Translations under genes and position numbers: made by a program
NCBI RefSeq assembly: GCF_023055435.1
Contig: NW_025964223.1
Coordinates: forward strand, 60,388,001-60,452,000
Length of the DNA stretch: 64,000 nucleotides
Direction of reading: 5' to 3'
From: Haliotis rufescens
Lineage: Eukaryota
Notes under the pieces: model-generated
What the model was told of the DNA's origin: nothing
The model's database searches: none
Seen by the model: only the letters and a program-made list of their open reading frames with translations
In this document: positions 28,450-38,655 of the stretch, piece by piece
Numbering within the stretch: the first letter of the stretch is position 1
Layout: each line of letters begins with the position of its first letter

Positions 28450-31400
28450 CTTCAGTCATGGGACCATGACTAACTGGTTGGTTGTTTAATGCCCCACACA
28501 GCAATATTCCAGCTATATTAATCGAGTCTGGACCAGACAATCCAGTGATTGACATAAGCATCGATCCACCAAATTGGGATCGATGATATGCATCATCAAA
28601 GTCAGAGTGACCACCCAATCCTGTCAGTTGCCTCTTACGACAAGTATAGTCGCCTTTTACAGCAAGCATGGGTTGCTGAAGACCTATTCTAACCCGGATC
28701 TTCACGGGCCGAGTGATCTTAGTAATAAGCTGTCTCAGATGGTAGTGCATGTGAAGTGGTTTCATCAACTTCAAAACGCTATGGGATGGTATAAACATCA
28801 CTGACAAGCTTCAAGTTTATAACAGACATCACTGAATACATAGTAATCAGCATGGGACCCTGTTTTGTTTTGTAGGAACATGGTTGCTGGTAAACAAGAT
28901 TACCATCAAAGTCAGGGCTAGAAATAATGTACTTTCTCAAAAGTCAACCTTTACAGAATCAGCACTGGTTACATTTGATCAACTAAGTTTGACACTTATT
29001 TTGCTTTGATTCATTCAGCACGTAATTTGACTTGCAAACGACTTCTAATTTTGATTGCCTATATAGACCTCTGTCTACCTAACGTCTATGAAGTGCCTAC
29101 TCGTACTTCAACCACACAGGGTCTACCTTGGCAATACATTATAAATGGCACCACTGAGGACAATGTGACAACAGTTTTCGGGTTTGGTACAGGCATGTTT
29201 TACAGGGGTGTTCAATAGCTGTCTCAGATGGTAGTGCATGTGAAGTGGTTTCATCAACTTCAAAACGCTATGGGATGGTATAAACATCACTGACAAGCTA
29301 TATATCTAAACAATGACAGCACAAAGGAAATAAAGAAATAAATACTGATAATTCAGTTACCTCAACCTGTGAAAACTCAGTATTTCAAACAATCTATAAA
29401 GGGTCTCAAGGAGCTATTTAGATAATAGACTAAAGAGGATTGTGAGCGAGATACCCAAACACTGAATAGCTTCAAATAATGACAGTGGCAGTAGCAGCCA
29501 TTACAGGGGTGTTTAACAGCTGTCTCAGATGGTAGTGCATGTGAAGTGGTTTCATCAACTTCAAAACGCTATGGGATGGTATAAACATCACTGACAAGCT
29601 GTATTTTCACAACGACAATTAGTTTGATTAATACCCCAACAGCATCACCTGCTTAAGTTCACAACAGACATCCCTGAACATTGGTGAATGCTCTCCCCTG
29701 TGGGACACATTTCCAACATGATTTCTGGTGAGCACAAGACAAACCTCCAAAATCAGCTGAGTTTGACATTTACCCTTGGTTTCAATGTGTGCATGACACA
29801 ACCTATTCTTTATTTTCAATCATTATCTAAAACTCTGATATTGGAAAATGACTTTAATACATAGTGATTGAAAGTAAGAGGGGGCCTCAAGATCTATGGT
29901 ATTTTAATCTAGTGACCCCTGACATTCATGCTTATTTCGAACACTGTACATAAATATTCAGGTAAAATTTACTTGTACATATATATTCAGGTAAAATTTA
30001 CTAGTGCATATATTTTTCACTCTTTATCTAACTAGTTTCTTCTATGTTGAATCTGATATCTACCTTACTGTCTTAATGTGCATACAGCTTTAAATATTAA
30101 TGATTCATACTGTGACATTTATAATTTGACCTGGAAACTACTTCAATTCTGACTGATTAATGTAGCCTTCAGCTACTATTACCTCAAACCTAGGAAATGT
30201 CTACATGTTCTTCATTTGTTTTATGCCGAAGTCTGCAATATTGCAGCCATATCACAAAATGCCAAAAATAATCAAGTCTGGATCAGACAAAATAGTGATT
30301 AGTATAAGAGCAACATCATGTCCTCAGATCAGAATGACACAATCAACCCAAGGCGTCAAGACGACAGACCACCTGTCTAAACTTATATCGCCTCTTACAA
30401 AAAGCAACAGAGAAGATAATTAGGTGAAAGATTAAAGATATCAACACCGAGACATGACAATAGTGGCACAAGCGTGTGCTTATGGGGGTGGGGGTTGTTC
30501 ATGGCGATTGTTCTATATAGCTGTCTCAGATGGTAGTGCATGTGAAGTGGTTTCATCAACTTCAAAACGCTATGGGATGGTATAAACATCATTGACAAGC
30601 TATATATGTAAATAATGACATCACCTTATAAGAAATGAAGAAAAAGAAATAGCATTAACTCATCTATATGTCCAAAGCAGGGGAGGAATGCTCAGCAGTT
30701 TCTATCAGAAAAAGAATATTTTCACAAGTATTCAATGTAGGTAAGGATAATCATCACATAGAAACTGCTCTGTTCATAAGATGGATCACACTCAGACAAA
30801 CTCTTACTAAACTCTATTCTCATTCTACAGACACAACTTTGAACATCTGACATTAAATGATTTCACATACCAGGATAAGACTTGAAGTAACCAGTCTTAA
30901 ATGGAAAGAAAAGAACATTTAGGAACCATTCCTATGAGAACTTAAAGTATGATTACATTTTCCTATCTTACAAATTAAATTCTTTATTCAACGCAAATTA
31001 CTTGCATCTTAATCACTAACTTCACAATGAAGATGGTCACTGAATTGATTAACATCCTTATTTTAATGACTCGTTGACTTCATTTCCTCAGTTTTGTGTT
31101 TGTCTTCAGGTTTCGGACAATGTAGGTAAAGTCATCACTGGAAATGATAAGATGGTAGTAGAAATATAAATTACAATTAGTCACCACTTTAGACTTCCAT
31201 ATTCTAAGGTTTGTTTCTATTTACTTCTAGAATCCTGTGAGACTGTCGTCTCATCCCTGCAAAACAGTGTGTGATGAGATATGATCATGATTCTTTGAAA
31301 GTGACATACACCTCAGACCTGTCATCAAATCCTACAAATAAAGCGCCCATAATACCATAGAAAATTAACCTTGTTCAAGTTTGGTTGTACCATTTCTCCT

Positions 31401-34400
31401 TCAGATACCTTAACCTCTGACACAATGTGACAACTCCATTCTGACTGCCTCATTAAACCTCCGGCCACCCTAAAGTCACACCTAGGAAATGCCTACTCAT
31501 AACTTAACCCTTGGGGTCCACCAAGACAATACACTAAAGGCAAACATAGCACAATATGACAACAGTTTAAGTGTGTTGTACAGATAGGTTTTTTGGGGGT
31601 GTTCTATAGCTGTCTCAGATGGTAGTGCATGTGAAGTGGTTTCATCAACTTCAAAACGCTATGGGATGGTATAAACATCATTGACAAGCTATATATCTAA
31701 ACAATGACAGCACCTTCTAAGAAACAAAGAAATATCAATAATTCAAATACCTCAGTGTTCCCGTTTACCGTTAATTTCACATTTTTAACCAGCAAAATTA
31801 GGCTTGGACTGGTAATTCATGTGACTACCAGTCCCTGTGGACCGGCAAAGTATCTCATAAATCTTTGTTGTTGAACAAGACGTCAGCGATATTCATATAG
31901 GTAAGTATATTTTTCGAAACGAAGCCTGCTTGTCTGTTAGTTAACTATCAGGATTTCTCCTTTTCTGTTTTTAGTGCAATGACATAACATTTCAGTTGTT
32001 TCGAGGTTAAATATATATTTGTAGCAACTTAGTCTCAAAACATTTGAAAATCAGAAAATTGTGACTGAACTTTGTGTGAATGATGTGTAGATCGAACTAA
32101 GTTACTCCAGAGATGTCGTCATTGCACTGAACATGATGTTGGAAGAATTAAAACCAGATTATTTCTATACATTTTTTTAATTGTTAAAAATTGGGACTGA
32201 CAAAAATGGGGGGAGAGAGAGGGAGAGGGAGAAGGAAGAACTGTTAAATTTTTACTGGCAGTTTCAAAAGCCAGTGGGAACACTGTCAACCTGTGAAACA
32301 ATGTGAAAGCACAGTGTTATAAACAATCTATAAGGGGTCACAAGGAGCTATTTAGGGAATACACTGAAGATACCGAAACACTGAATAGCTTCAAATAATG
32401 ACAGTGGCAGTAGCGGCCGTTACAGGGATGTTCAATAGCTGTCTCAGATGGTAGTGCATGTGAAGTGGTTTCATCAACTTCAAAACGCTATGGGATGGTA
32501 TAAACATCACTGACAAGCTATATATTTACCCAATGACAATTAGATTTGCAGCATCACCTGCTAAGAAGACACTTCATCAATAGAGGGTTGTAAATTTAAC
32601 AGTCGGGATGCAAAATGCCAGTAATTTATAGAGTTCTGTAGCTGCCTACTTAGACAAACCCATCTAAAAGTCCTTCAAATTATGACTTCTGGACATGCAA
32701 CTTAACAGCCACAGCATTGCCCATGAGCAAATGTTTCAATTACAAACACCATGGCTGGATTTTCTAGTAAACACAAGACTGAACTGTCAAGATGTGTCAT
32801 CACAATTTGATAGGACGTCTATTTTTAGCATGTCAATAAAAGAATGGATCCAGAGTATATATATATCATATTAGAATTGAGATATGATACACTGGATAAT
32901 TGAGAATAGAGGTCCAGATAGACATACTGGAAGTAGATATTTTAACAAGGTTTAGTTGATCAGCAGTTTCTATCAGAATAAGAATATTTTCACAAGTATT
33001 CAATGTAGGTAAGGATAATCATCATTTAGAAACTGCTGTTTGTTATATGTAACACAATGAGACACTGCAACAAAAACTTCTCAACAATGCCCATACTCTT
33101 TTCTTCAAATGTAACGGATAATTGAATGATACTTATGTGCACAATAGATCCATATCAAAGTTAAAGAATTTGGTCAAATTTCCTAAAACCTAACTTAAAA
33201 GAATCATTATTTAAATTGCAAGACCCAGTAATGAAAAACTACAAGCATTATCAAGCACAATATTTTTTTGAATGAAACAATGTTAACCTGTTAACCACCA
33301 GGAGAGACAACTGTCATGTATTTCAAATTTTTAAAACACTATTCATGGCTTGATGTTAGGATCTTGATTTAACTTACTTGCACCAAGTGCATGTTGACAA
33401 ACAACCTTGTTGCACCAGAAAAAACAGGTTGCCCCCTGGTCCAAGAAAACTATCAAATAATCCTGAAGTACCTGCAGTTTGATGTCAAGCCCCAAAAGCA
33501 TGACAAGTTACACATAACAGGGATTATTAACGTAGGAAAAGAAGGTTTAGAGGTATAAAATGTGTTCAGAGAGACAAATATTAGGTTGCACTGGTGCATA
33601 TTTTATATAGCTAAATCAAGCCCGGCTATCTGTAATTTCAAATACTTCCTACACAATTGAGGTAAGCTTATCTTAAATCCACACAGATATCTAGTTCATA
33701 TCATCGTATTGCATACCTATTTGTTAGCTACTAACCTACTATAGAAGAATGCACAAAGATGGCCAGTGAGTGGATCAAATGTCCTTTAAATAATGTCATT
33801 TCCTCAGTTTTGTGTTTGTCTTCAGGTTTCAGACAATGTAGGTAAAGTCATCACTGGAAATGACGTAGTAGTAGTAGTAGTAGTAGTAGCAGTAGTAGTA
33901 GTAGTAGTAAGATATATTACAAGTTAGACAATTCTTCAACACTTCGTTTATGGGAGGATTCTGCTCATTTAAATCTTACATAAAAATATATTTGGAACAA
34001 TGCCTGCAAATGAATCATTTAAGCCATGGTTTCAGTTGAGCACGTAAATGTTTAATGGTACCTCGGACAGTCCTCCAGAAGATCATCCTGGGAGCCCGGA
34101 AGTGGAATGGGCCGCGAGCAGGGTTCACGTTGCATCGCTTCTTTAGGAAGTCCAGGTACTTCACTGTAAACATACAGGTCAATCAGGGTAAGAACGGGTC
34201 AGTATCACTATTACACCACTATGATATATCCATAAACGTATACAATGGTATTTATAAGTACATGTGTAATATTTACATAGATTCCATCATGGATTCAGCA
34301 GAATTTTAAAACACACAATAGTTTGTCTAAAAATCTAAGCAAAAATTCTTTGAAAGCTTATTGCATTCATATTGTAATATACAACTTAACATTTGCTAAG

Positions 34401-36420
34401 GGCCAAAATAGGCTCCAAAATAGTGTGGTCCTCAGAAAATGTTTAGTCTTTTATCAATGTAATATTCATATGACATACACTTGAACAAAATATGTTAATT
34501 ATAACAAAGGTACTGCCATTAAAACAGCAATATACCACATGCATTCCAGATGCAACTTGAAAATCACTAAATTCAAGAACTTGTGTTTATAACAAGGATG
34601 TTAGTGAAATGGACACTATTACAGCAACGTCATTATTACAACAAATTGGATCAAAAACTTACATTTGTTTCTGTAGAAGTTGCCAGATATGCAGATACCT
34701 TCACATCTTACAATAACAACTCGCTGACCTGGAAAAAACATGTTAATAAATTTAATACTCTATCCATCCAACGTTTGACAAGTGATTTTTGTGTGGTGCT
34801 GGTTCGGTTTCAGTCTGACAACTGAAAATTCTACATTAGTTTGTTCTAATGAAGTATGCTACTATAAACATTTTTATGCATTTTCTAGTTTATGAAAGTA
34901 TATTTCTCTAATGCAATACCAGGGCAATAGGCATAGCACTAATATCAAAAAATGAAAATATATTCACTCTTTCAATAAAATAAACAACTTCAATGAAGAA
35001 TTTCTATACTGAATAATCACATTTCCTCAGGTCATAGGTGTCGTCATGGTTTCAGACAATGTAGGTAAAGTCATCACTGGATGGGATATTCAGTTTTGTA
35101 TACCATACAACTTCTGTCAGCGTTAAATATCAAGATTGTTGTAGGTCACAGTTATGAAAATAGCAGCAGAGATGTAAAAAAAGTTAAATGACTTGACCGC
35201 TTGTCGAACTGATGAATATTTACCTTGTAGTAGTGTCTTGGCAACAATTGAGGCCAGACGCCCGAGCAGATGCCCTCGGGCATCAATCAAAATGGGCTGA
35301 AAGCAAAACAATCAACCATCAGTTTCATTACCACAATATTAATAAAAGTGCATGAGGTGTATTGGTCATAATCTAGTGGCATGGACAAATCTTTCAGGTT
35401 TGGGGACTTCAACTTGAATTATTTTTTTAAAAAAGACACAAGTTTGTAATCAAATTAATGTTATCAAATAGTTGACCACTAAATATGATTCATGTTCATA
35501 CAGCCCTACAGGTAAAAACAAGACCCATTATGACTTCCACTACTCTATGACCATATAAAAATTAAGGTATCCTGAGTGCCAACATTATCATTCAGGCAAA
35601 TAAATGCTTCAGTTGAAGCTGCATCAATGTTGGTAAAAATTCACTTTGAATTAAAAAATAAACATATGTTGTGATAAGTGATGAAAAATGAGGTTTGAGC
35701 ATTAATATACTCACAAAAAATGTTTGGGATCATTAATATTTTATGGGAATTTGTTTTATGAAATTTTGAACTGTTTCACTACAAAAAAATATCCCCAAAA
35801 GTATTCAGGATACAAATAAAGAGCGATAAATATAAAGCTTGAGGTTAAGACATCCATTCAAATAGACTTTATGTTCCTGTTTTGCAAGGATTTCTCGAAC
35901 ATCTTGTTCGCTCAAAGGTGAAGATTTCAGCAGTACATATGGTAAACGGATTCTGCTACAGATAACTGCTATGACCGATAGGTATGGGATGTCTTATAAC
36001 ATGTCCAGCTGAAATAGCACAAGTTACCTCTCCTTTATAAACTGAGGCATCTCATTTGTGAAACGTATTCGGACATTCACATTAACCCTTCATCAAAGCT
36101 AACTGACGAAAAGGTGATCTGATTTATACACTTTCTGTGTGATACACACTTTGGGAAGAAATATTGCTCTTCTATTCCTGACAAAACCATTTTATGTGTA
36201 AAACACACTCATATCATTCTGTATCTTAAATACACGTGGGTTAGAATGCCTTTCACCGAGCATTACACGTAAGACGGAGCTTTCATATTAACATATTGCA
36301 CTAGAGCAGATCATAATGTTGATTTGCTGTGTACGGGACAACTTTTCTCGGTTCCTTTGGCTTCCAAACTGACAAAAATGGTAGCACACTGCCGTCATAT
36401 ACCTTGTTCTGAAAACCCAT
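25640..36420 (-). CDS. RPL13A: 60S ribosomal protein L13a (uL13), 203 aa; exons 36420..36403, 35296..35224, 34728..34663, 34163..34062, 28339..28194, 27626..27504, 25723..25640
   Basis: Translation [77 protein letters not shown]...GMLPHK...[10 protein letters not shown]...IESFGYQ*; 612 nt in frame; AATAAA just 3' of the stop (25618-25623). Confidence 0.97.
26143..26224 (-). ncRNA. SNORD33: Box C/D snoRNA, SNORD33 (U33)-type, divergent copy in RPL13A intron 6
   Basis: Minus strand: C GTGATGA, D' TTGA, C' TTGATGA, guide ACATGCACTACCA, D CTGA, terminal stem CCTGTC/GACAGG. Confidence 0.8.
26266..26700. mobile_element. MITE (~430 bp), same family as 44081..44512 in opposite orientation
   Basis: TIR AGAGCT.CAGATAA/TTATCTG.AGCTCT; the interior is the reverse complement of 44081..44512. 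Confidence 0.75.
27319..27480 (-). mobile_element. tRNA-derived SINE, family 1 (further copies at ~28044-28153, ~39513-39678, ~59850-60003)
   Basis: Same consensus; TSD CTCTACTAAACTG. Confidence 0.88.
27691..27773 (-). ncRNA. SNORD33: Box C/D snoRNA, SNORD33-type, RPL13A intron 5
   Basis: C GTGATGT, guide ACATGCACTACCAT-CTGA, stem GCTTGTCT/AGACAAGC; ends ~65 nt upstream of the acceptor, the usual position for intronic C/D snoRNAs. Confidence 0.87.
28728..28810 (-). ncRNA. SNORD33: Box C/D snoRNA, SNORD33-type, RPL13A intron 4 copy 6
   Basis: 83-nt unit AGCTTGTCA-GTGATGT...TTGA..TTGATGA...CACATGCACTACCAT-CTGA-GACAGCT; the 3' guide matches recalled vertebrate U33 and pairs with 18S UGGUGGUGCAUG. 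Confidence 0.88.
29217..29299 (-). ncRNA. SNORD33: Box C/D snoRNA, SNORD33-type, intron 4 copy 5
   Basis: Identical 83-nt unit. Confidence 0.88.
29518..29600 (-). ncRNA. SNORD33: Box C/D snoRNA, SNORD33-type, intron 4 copy 4
   Basis: Identical 83-nt unit. Confidence 0.88.
30519..30601 (-). ncRNA. SNORD33: Box C/D snoRNA, SNORD33-type, intron 4 copy 3
   Basis: Same unit with C box ATGATGT (change at the R position only). Confidence 0.88.
30694..30769 (-). ncRNA. Box C/D snoRNA, U34-related variant with guide CCTTACCTACA(TTGA)
   Basis: 11-bp terminal stem AGCAGTTTCTA/TAGAAACTGCT, C GTGATGA, D CTGA, and a 28S-complementary tract. Confidence 0.78.
31080..31147 (-). ncRNA. SNORD34: Box C/D snoRNA, SNORD34 (U34)-type, intron 4
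   Basis: Stem TCATTTCC/GGAAATGA, C GTGATGA, guide TTACCTACATTGT complementary to 28S ACAAUGUAGGUAA, D' CCGA, D CTGA. Confidence 0.85.
31608..31690 (-). ncRNA. SNORD33: Box C/D snoRNA, SNORD33-type, intron 4 copy 2
   Basis: Same unit with C box ATGATGT. Confidence 0.88.
31753..32285. mobile_element. TIR element inserted in a snoRNA spacer
   Basis: TIR CAGTGTTCCC/GGGAACACTG; the empty-site homolog is at 29350-29380; no clear TSD. Confidence 0.65.
32437..32519 (-). ncRNA. SNORD33: Box C/D snoRNA, SNORD33-type, intron 4 copy 1
   Basis: Identical 83-nt unit. Confidence 0.88.
32961..33038 (-). ncRNA. Box C/D snoRNA, U34-related variant, second copy
   Basis: Near-identical to 30694..30769; C ATGATGA; 12-bp stem. 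Confidence 0.78.
33795..33864 (-). ncRNA. SNORD34: Box C/D snoRNA, SNORD34-type, intron 4
   Basis: Near-identical to 31080..31147, with D' CTGA. Confidence 0.86.
33865..33909. repeat. (GTA)n microsatellite abutting a SNORD34 copy
   Basis: Seen directly. Confidence 0.9.
35021..35083 (-). ncRNA. SNORD34: Box C/D snoRNA, SNORD34-type, RPL13A intron 2
   Basis: C GTGATGA, guide TTACCTACATTGT-CTGA, C' ATGACGA, D CTGA; the 3' half has diverged from the intron 4 copies. Confidence 0.83.
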
Positions 36421-36480
36421 GATGGCTAAAAGGCCGAGTTAGGGGGTTACACGTGGTTTTCCAGGGACAAAACGGAAGTT
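36421..36480 (-). promoter_or_regulatory. RPL13A 5' UTR/promoter with a TCT/5'TOP-like pyrimidine tract and an ETS-like site
   Basis: Minus strand CTCGGCCTTTTAGCCATC-ATG; CGGAAGT at 36473-36479. Both are typical of ribosomal protein gene promoters. Confidence 0.5.
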
Positions 36481-36995
36481 GACTGGGGCCTTGTCTACTA
36501 AAATGTGTAAAAGCGGTGCGCTTGCGTTGCGTACCAACAGTGGAACCAGTTTAAAACGGAAAGAAAATCAAAGGGAGGCTATCCGCATTCAGTGTCTAGG
36601 AAACCCGCTCGAACTTAATAACGTATCACCATGACCTGCATATTGACACTTTTTGTTTTATTCTTTCTAAAAGAAAGAAATAGCAAAACTTAAATGGGAC
36701 AATGAAATATATAGACAGCCAACATTCATGTTTGCCAGGAAATAAATGGTCTTCATTATTTAATTCCCGTGAAGATTCCGGGCTAGAATTGGTTTTCAGC
36801 AAGAGAGCAAAAGGCGACTAGCGGGATCGGGTGGTCAGGCTTGCTGACTTGGCTGATTCATGTCATCGTATCCAATTTGCGTAGATCGATGTTCATGGTG
36901 TCAATCACTGGATTGTCTGTTCGAGACTCGATTATTTACCGACCGCCGTCATATAGCTGGAATATTGCTGAGTGCGGCGTAAACAACAAACAAAC

Positions 36996-37417
36996 TAGGG
37001 CTGGGACGTGTCCAAATTTACTACCCGGGTACCCCCCTCCCTATTACCCGACCCTACCCGGGTACCCGCTGTAGATATCTAGAGATAAGTACAAACTGTC
37101 AGATTTGGAAAAGTTTGACCGTAGCCCTGGCAAAATGTATTTAGATACACGTGTAAAACAATCTGGTCATGCACACACTGAAGTTTACTGCGTGTAGTTT
37201 TACCTTTATTTAGACATAAAAAAGTCAGAAGGAATGGGTGCATAGTCAGAAAGAAATAGGAGCGCTAGTGACTTATAGTGTAACCACAGTGTTTTAGATA
37301 AAAAAAAAGTTCCTCAAACAATATATCACTTGACTAACCACGGGTCCGGGTATAGTCCTGTGGGTACCCGGGTCCTATTCAGGACCCACCCGACCCGAGT
37401 TACCCGTCCGAGCACTA
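36996..37417. mobile_element. hAT-like MITE inserted in a SINE tail
   Basis: Imperfect TIR TAGGGCTGGGACG/CGTCCGAGCACTA, 8-bp TSD AAACAAAC, subterminal ACCCG repeats. Confidence 0.75.
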
Positions 37418-37929
37418 AAACAAACGTATGCAAATCTACGCATGTTGCATGGTCGAATTATTACAGGTTTATTCTGGAAGAAGGTCACCAATCTTCAGTT
37501 TCTGTTATAAGTCATCCGGACATGTCCCGTCCAGTGGGTGACAGAGTCTGAACGAACCACACGGAGTTCTTAGTAAAAACAAACAACCCATATAGCTAGC
37601 CAAATCGGACACAGATAAATGTTCTTTTTGGTCGAATACTTAAATTAACAAACTTTCATTGATCTGTATGTGAAATTTGCTTATCGATCCGATATTTGTT
37701 ACGTAGACAAGAAAAGCGCATTTACCTAGCAATTGCTATAATATATCAAGATCAGTAAGATAAAATAACGGCCAAAAACATTTTACCATAGTTTTTATTA
37801 ACTCTAGTTTAGATAGATGCATCAAGTAAAAAGTATTGAAAAGATTAAAACCTCAACGAAATCAACAGCTATACAACATCCGTTATTGGTATGACAGTTG
37901 CCCTAATTGAGATGGGATAGCATCTGAAG

Positions 37930-38655
37930 TTCTGAAGGCTGGGACAGGTTTCATCTGGACAGCTCTGATGGGCGTGCAAGGGTTTACATGCGTACACGAG
38001 TATGTTTTAGCGACGCATGTGTTCCTCAGGGGCGTCAGTTTGGGGGTGGAATGGTAATGGTATGGGGCGGCATCACAACTCATGGGAGAACACAACCCAT
38101 CATTGTAAATAACAGTTTGAATGGGGTACGCTACAGGGACGACATCGTTGACATCATGCTCTACCCGTTGTGCAAATTCTGGGACATAGCTCACGTTGCA
38201 GTAGTATAATGCCCATGGGCGGATACAGAGAGGGGGGTGGGTGGGGGTGCGCGCAACCCCCTTTTTTATTTCGAAAAAAATCTTTATTTCTGTATAGATT
38301 ACCACCAAAGAAAATAAATAGATCTTAATTGTGCACCCCACCTTTTCAAAAAGCTGTATCCGCCCATAATGCCCCACCCACATGTTGCACGTTTTGTAAA
38401 GGACTTTTGTCACAACATAACATTGCTGTACCTCATGGCCGGCTGTTTCTCCAGACCTCTCCCCCATGTAACATGTCTGGGATGAGATGGGTTGATGTCT
38501 ACGACAGGACCAGAACCAGCCCCTAACACTAGCTCTGTTGGGCCAATCTTGGAATTTGGCACATCATCCAGGCCGTTTTCAATCTCTGGTGTCTTCAGTG
38601 ACCCCAGCTGCCTCGCACCTATCAACGCAAATGGTGGCCATACACGATATTGACA
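37930..38655 (+). mobile_element. Decayed Tc1/mariner transposase remnant
   Basis: SSDGR.RVY, GGGMVMVWGGIT..GRT, SLNGVRYRDDI, SPDLSP..HVWDEMG, ANGGHTRY* across frameshifts. Confidence 0.85.
38215..38367. mobile_element. MITE nested in the Tc1 remnant
   Basis: TIR ATGGGCGGATACAG/CTGTATCCGCCCAT; flanking duplication AATGCCC. Confidence 0.8.

Noticed and set aside
28289-28807. 172-aa minus-strand ORF
   Set aside because: A chance read-through of a snoRNA, a SINE and a (TA)n tract, ending out of frame in an RPL13A exon.
31229-31295. Hairpin resembling an H/ACA snoRNA half, or a SNORD35 candidate
   Set aside because: No properly spaced H/ACA boxes or second hairpin, and no U35 guide; SNORD32 and SNORD35 were not recognised anywhere in the gene.
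28728-32519. Identical 83-bp repeats with variable spacers as a CRISPR-like array or transposon
   Set aside because: This is a eukaryotic intron with spacers of 200-1000 bp and no cas genes; C/D boxes and rRNA guides explain the unit.
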